Of a stretch of DNA of 54,610 nt, positions 51,262-54,610 are shown one piece after another; within the stretch, counting starts at the first letter, position 1; each line of letters begins with the position of its first letter. The notes below the pieces were generated by a model. The model made no database searches and was not told the origin of the DNA. It was given only the letters and a program-made list of their open reading frames with translations. Source of the DNA: Phycisphaerae bacterium (GTDB lineage Bacteria > Planctomycetota > Phycisphaerae > FEN-1346); NCBI GenBank assembly GCA_035528235.1, contig DATKZB010000305.1, forward strand, positions 1-54,610. Direction: 5' to 3'. A program made the translations under genes and the position numbers.

Positions 51262-52386
51262 TTACGCCGACGGCGTCATGGCGGCCAGGAGTTCGCGGTT
51301 CGAAGGATACTTGGCCATGACCCCGAGGAGCGATTCGAGGGCCTCGATGGGCTTCGACCCGGCCAGGCGCCGCCGGATGAGGTACCGCTTCTGGAGCTCC
51401 GCGGGCGAGACCAGCCGCTCCTCTTTCCGCGTGCCGGAGGCCAGCACGTCCATGGCGGGCCAGAGCCGCCGCTCGGACAACTCGCGGTTCAGGATGATCT
51501 CCATGTTGCCGGTGCCCTTGAACTCCTGGAAGATGAGTTCGTCCATGCGGCTGCCGGTGTCGACGAGGCAGGTGGCGACGACGGTCAGGCTGCCGCCGCC
51601 CTCGATGTTGCGGGCGCTGCCGAACAGGCGTTTGGGTTCCTCGAGGGCCCGGATGTCGACGCCGCCCGACATGGTCCGCCCGCTCGAAGGCACGGCCTTG
51701 TTGAACGCCCGGCCCAGGCGGGTCAGGCTGTCGAGGAACAGGACCACGTCGCGCCCGAACTCGACCTCGGCCTTGGCCTTGGCGAACGCCATCCGCGACA
51801 GCCGCACGTGCTGCTCCACGTCCTGGTCGTTCGACGAGGCCAGAACCTCGGCCCCGGTGGAGCGGCGGAAGTGCGTGACCTCCTCCGGACGCTCGTCAAT
51901 CAGGACCACCATGAGCGTCACGTCCGGGTAGTTCTCGTGGACGCCGGCGGCCATCTGTTCGAGTATGATGGTCTTGCCGGCGCGTGGCGGCGAGACGATA
52001 AGGCCCCGCTGGCCCTTGCCGATGGGCGTCAGGAGGTCGAGGATCCGCGTCGTCACCGGCTCCGGGCCGGTCTCGAGCCACAGCGCCTCCTCCGGGTCGA
52101 TGACCGTCAACCGGTCGAACGGCACGCGTGCGGCATACTCCTCGGGCGTGTGGCCGCAGATGCCCGTCACGGTGGCCAACTGAAGGCCGCGGCCCTTCTT
52201 GTCGCGCTGGGTGGGACCCTCGACCGGCAGGCCGGTCCGGAGGCGGTACTTGGCTACCACGGCGGGCGGCACGAAGACGTCGCTCCGCTCGGGCCGGAAG
52301 TCTCGGGCCGCATGCCGCAGGAACCCGTACCCTTTGTCCTGAATTTCCAAAACGCCAGACGCCGTGCCCTGCTCGGCTTGTGCCAT
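51262..52386 (-). CDS. rho: Transcription termination factor Rho (short N-terminus)
   Basis: Start at ATG 52386 (MAQAEQGTASGVLEIQDKGYGFLR). It has an RNA-binding OB/CSD, PPRAGKT Walker A, LIDERPEEV, SGGVD and FKGTGNME motifs. Confidence 0.92.
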   Translation of the reverse strand: MAQAEQGTASGVLEIQDKGYGFLRHAARDFRPERSDVFVPPAVVAKYRLRTGLPVEGPTQRDKKGRGLQLATVTGICGHTPEEYAARVPFDRLTVIDPEEALWLETGPEPVTTRILDLLTPIGKGQRGLIVSPPRAGKTIILEQMAAGVHENYPDVTLMVVLIDERPEEVTHFRRSTGAEVLASSNDQDVEQHVRLSRMAFAKAKAEVEFGRDVVLFLDSLTRLGRAFNKAVPSSGRTMSGGVDIRALEEPKRLFGSARNIEGGGSLTVVATCLVDTGSRMDELIFQEFKGTGNMEIILNRELSERRLWPAMDVLASGTRKEERLVSPAELQKRYLIRRRLAGSKPIEALESLLGVMAKYPSNRELLAAMTPSA

Positions 52387-52594
52387 GCTGCCCCCATAAA
52401 GGCGGTGATGCCGGCAATAACTGCCGGGCAGAAAAAGGGGATCTGCGAGAACCTGGAACACCCTAAGCATACACCGAGTTCAGCCAATGTCCACCCTAAA
52501 AATCGCCCGCCGGCGAACGGATTATCGTACCCCGGCTGCAGCGCCGGCGGCCGGCCGGCCGACGGGACGAAACACGCCAAGGGGTGTCAAGGGG

Positions 52595-52623
52595 TTGCAT
52601 TGGCCCACCCCGGCCGATACAAT
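52595..52623 (+). promoter_or_regulatory. Sigma70-like promoter TTGCAT-N17-TACAAT for the tRNA cluster
   Basis: The -35 box is at 52595..52600 and the -10 box at 52618..52623, 15 nt upstream of tRNA-Lys. Confidence 0.65.
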
Positions 52624-52637
52624 ACCGGGCCGCAGAG

Positions 52638-52714
52638 GGGGGAGTAGCTCAGTCTGGTAGAGCAACGGCCTTTTAAGCCGTGGGCCGAGGGTTCGAATCC
52701 CTCCTCCCTCACCA
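52638..52714 (+). tRNA. tRNA-Lys (anticodon UUU)
   Basis: Cloverleaf folded by hand: acceptor gggggag/ctccctc, D-arm gctc..gagc, anticodon stem acggc/gccgt with loop CTTTTAA, T-arm gaggg-ttcgaat-ccctc, encoded CCA. Confidence 0.9.
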
Positions 52715-52740
52715 TGTAATCTGACAACTGAATACGGCGT

Positions 52741-52815
52741 GGCCCCATCGTCCAGTGGTTAGGACACGGCCCTTTCAAGGCCGCGACACGGGTTCGAGTC
52801 CCGTTGGGGTCACCA
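52741..52815 (+). tRNA. tRNA-Glu (anticodon UUC)
   Basis: Acceptor ggcccca/tggggtc, anticodon stem cggcc/ggccg with loop CTTTCAA, T-arm acggg-ttcgagt-cccgt, encoded CCA. It is close to the E. coli tRNA-Glu layout. Confidence 0.9.
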
Positions 52816-52860
52816 AGAAGATCCTCGATTTCCGATCGGCGATTTTCGATTGGCCGTTTC

Positions 52861-53007
52861 GGATCTGAGATCTCAGATTGTCGATTGACGATCTTCGGCC
52901 GGCGGTCTCGGATCTGAGATTTCAGATTTTCGATTGGCGATCTTCGGTTGGTGGTCTTGGATCTGAGATTTCAGATTTTCGATTGGCGATCTTCGGTTGG
53001 TGGTCTT
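52861..53007. repeat. Three tandem 49-bp units (AT-rich, GATC-rich)
   Basis: Units lie at 52861..52909, 52910..52958 and 52959..53007. Units 2 and 3 are identical (ggatctgagatttcagattttcgattggcgatcttcggttggtggtctt). Unit 1 is diverged and contains the 16-nt palindrome atctgagatctcagat. A partial copy lies upstream at 52826..52860. Confidence 0.9.
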
Positions 53008-53040
53008 GGGTGCCGAGAAAGGCCCCGGCCCGGGCCATCC

Positions 53041-53124
53041 GAAATCTGAAGTCCGCAATCTGCAATCTGAAATCTGCAATCTGAGATCTGCAATCTGAGA
53101 TCTGCAATCTGCAATCTGAAATGC
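53041..53124. repeat. Twelve tandem heptamers G(C/A)(A/G)ATCT
   Basis: The series gaaatct gaagtcc gcaatct gcaatct gaaatct gcaatct gagatct gcaatct gagatct gcaatct gcaatct gaaatgc is the reverse complement of the agattt/cagattt motifs inside the 49-bp units. Confidence 0.9.
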
Positions 53125-53131
53125 CGTTTCT

Positions 53132-53206
53132 GGCCCCATCGTCCAGCGGTTAGGACACGGCCCTCTCAAGGCCGGGACACGGGTTCGAGTCCCGTTGGGG
53201 TCACCA
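53132..53206 (+). tRNA. tRNA-Glu (anticodon CUC)
   Basis: Same scaffold as 52741..52815, with anticodon loop CTCTCAA and a few substitutions; CCA is encoded. Confidence 0.9.
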
Positions 53207-53292
53207 CCATACACGGGGACTGCGGCCGGCGCCGCCGTCCCCTCTCTCTTCCCGCATCACGTGCCACGGATTGCTCGCAATCCGTGATAAAT

Positions 53293-53372
53293 GTAGGGCG
53301 GGTGCTCCGCACCCACCGTCCGCAGTTGTCCACGGCCAGCAAGCAACCGCGGCGGGGCGCGCCCCACCCTAC
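53293..53372. repeat. GTAG-headed REP-like elements
   Basis: gtagggcgggtgctccgcacccacc (53293..) and ggggcgcgccccaccctac (53354..53372). The latter overlaps the TAG stop of korB (53369..53371). Confidence 0.7.
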
Positions 53373-54184
53373 GTGGCCGCGAACTGCGAGACGAGCGTGC
53401 CCTTGGCCAGCACGCCCAACTGCGACTCGAAACTCGGGCGCTTCGAGCGGTAAATCACCCCGATGGGAATCTCGTCGCCCCACGCAAGCGCCAACTCCAG
53501 CGCCCGGGCCCGGTCGTACGGGTCGTGGTCCTCGGGCACCGGCCGCACGCGGTCTTTGTACCACTTGAACGTATTCACCCTGTTGAATGAGATGCACGGC
53601 TGGAGGATGTCCAGCAGCACCGTGCCGCCCGTGTGCTTCAGGGCCTCGACCATCATGGCCACCAGGTGCTCGGCCGCGCCCGAGAACGACCGCATGACCA
53701 GCGAGCAGTCCTCGACGACCGCCAGCGCCAGCGGCTGCACGGGCCGGGCCAGGACGCCGTGCGTCTGAATCTTCGTGACGAACCCCAGGTCGGACGTCGG
53801 CGACGCCTGCCCTTTCGTCAGCCCGTAGACCTGGTTGTTATGGACAAACATCTTCAGGCCGATATTCCGCCGCAGCGTGTGCAGGAAGTGGTTACCGCCC
53901 TCGCCGTACATGTCGCCGTCGCCGCTCGTGACAACGACCTCCAGGTCGTGGTTGGCCAGTTTGATGCCGGTGGCGGCGGGCAGCGCCCGGCCGTGCAGTC
54001 CGTTGAAGACGTTGGCCCGCGTGTAATGCGGCGTCTTGGCGGCCTGGCCGATGCCTGAGACGAGGACGAGTTTCGCGCGGTCGACGCCGGCCGCCTCAAT
54101 GGCCCGGTCGAGCGCCTTGAGGATGGCGACGTTGCCGCACCCGGGACACCACGCCGGCCGATTGTCGCTAGGCGGGTTGATCAC
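53369..54184 (-). CDS. korB: 2-oxoacid:ferredoxin oxidoreductase, beta (TPP-binding) subunit
   Basis: GTG 54184 overlaps the upstream stop (GTGA). It carries WCPGCGN, SGDGDMYGEGGNH (TPP motif) and VHNNQVYGLTKGQ. Confidence 0.85.
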   Translation of the reverse strand: MINPPSDNRPAWCPGCGNVAILKALDRAIEAAGVDRAKLVLVSGIGQAAKTPHYTRANVFNGLHGRALPAATGIKLANHDLEVVVTSGDGDMYGEGGNHFLHTLRRNIGLKMFVHNNQVYGLTKGQASPTSDLGFVTKIQTHGVLARPVQPLALAVVEDCSLVMRSFSGAAEHLVAMMVEALKHTGGTVLLDILQPCISFNRVNTFKWYKDRVRPVPEDHDPYDRARALELALAWGDEIPIGVIYRSKRPSFESQLGVLAKGTLVSQFAAT

Positions 54185-54610
54185 CCCAGGATCCTTTCGG
54201 CAATGGCCTCGCCCGTAAAGGGCAGGCCGTCGTATTGGAGCAGCAACTCGGCATCGTGCGGCACGCCCACCTGCCGCAGGAGCGCCGCCAACTGGCCGGT
54301 GGCGTTGCCCTCGACGACGATGATCCGCTCGGGCCGCGCGGCACCATCGCCCTCCAGACCCATCGCCCGCCGCGCGGCCGCCGCATCGAGCGGCCAGACC
54401 TGAGCGAAGTGCAGCATCGCCGCCTTCGTGCCGCGCGCCGCCAACCGGTCGACCGCCTCGCGGCACGGCCCGTAGGTCGAGCCCCAACACACGAGCAGCA
54501 CCGGCGCGTCGGGGGGACCGTAGCGCTCGGGCGCGAGCGCCTCGGCCGTCATGGGCCCGAGTTTGGCCAGGCGCTTGTCCTGGAGACGCACGCGGACCTG
54601 GAGGTCCTCG
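54181..54610 (-). CDS. korA: 2-oxoacid:ferredoxin oxidoreductase, alpha subunit, C-terminal part (5' end outside window)
   Basis: The frame is open to the window edge. The pattern LLVCWGSTYGPCREAVDRL...VVEGNATGQL is typical of the KorA C-terminal domain. Confidence 0.7.
   Translation of the reverse strand, partial: EDLQVRVRLQDKRLAKLGPMTAEALAPERYGPPDAPVLLVCWGSTYGPCREAVDRLAARGTKAAMLHFAQVWPLDAAAARRAMGLEGDGAARPERIIVVEGNATGQLAALLRQVGVPHDAELLLQYDGLPFTGEAIAERILG

Noticed and set aside
52861-53124. CRISPR array
   Set aside because: The repeats are directly tandem (49-mers and heptamers) with no unique spacers, and there are no cas genes in the window. The same reasoning applies to the 2 x 76-bp array at 39053..39204.
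52816-53214. Integrated prophage or genomic island at the tRNA genes, and the repetitive peptide ORFs 52873..53214, 52878..53084 and 52922..53107
   Set aside because: No integrase, att-like partial tRNA duplication or cargo genes are present. The second tRNA-Glu is a complete gene with a different anticodon. The ORFs merely translate the tandem repeats (QIADCRSQIADLRLQI...).
53369-54490. Long 373-aa version of the korB ORF
   Set aside because: The N-terminal ~100 codons are Arg/Gly/Ala-rich and overlap korA in another frame. GTG 54184, overlapping the korA stop, gives a canonical beta-subunit N-terminus (PAWCPGCGN).
1-54610. Transposase or IS element responsible for the palindromic repeats
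   Set aside because: No transposase-like ORF (DDE, Y1/RAYT or serine recombinase) could be recognised anywhere in the window. The repeats are therefore reported only as non-autonomous REP/REPIN-like elements.

Overview
Very G+C-rich bacterial chromosomal window. The gene content points to a PVC-group (Planctomycetota/Phycisphaerae-like) polysaccharide degrader: many secreted glycoside hydrolases, sulfatases, Tat and lipoprotein signals, and prepilin-type N-termini. That taxonomic call is inference only. All domain calls come from motifs I recognise by eye; no search was run. I can support about 38 protein-coding genes. These include GH38 alpha-mannosidase, GH27, GH29, a DUF4091/GH123-like protein, a GH5-like protein, a sulfatase, PhoD, an HtrA protease, a FecR/CHASE2 cyclase operon, purD, rho, iolB and korAB. 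I also see 2-3 decayed genes, three tRNAs (Lys-UUU, Glu-UUC, Glu-CUC) and two sigma70-like promoters. Short GC-rich palindromic REP/REPIN-like elements fill nearly every intergenic gap. They fall into at least five sequence families with conserved heads and compensatory (covarying) stems. Most interesting observations: (1) a visibly lower-GC two-gene island at 44504..46025, a PD-(D/E)XK nuclease-like protein plus an overlapping 204-aa orphan, bracketed by REP hairpins and a candidate undescribed defence/TA-like module; (2) a large glycosidase locus interrupted by an A10 run that forms an exact dnaX-type A_AAA_AAG -1 slippery heptamer and, further on, by one in-frame TAG; (3) a 316-bp AT-rich, GATC-dense tandem and inverted repeat block between the two tRNA-Glu genes; (4) REP elements that supply stop codons, sit inside an N-terminus, flank the GH38 gene as inverted copies, and link a sulfatase relic in frame to the fucosidase gene; (5) several translationally coupled pairs of unclear function (mini-GspF + YdjY-like, polyferredoxin + PhoD, HtrA + PDZ lipoprotein); and (6) a possible small structured RNA or bidirectional terminator at 33165..33339.
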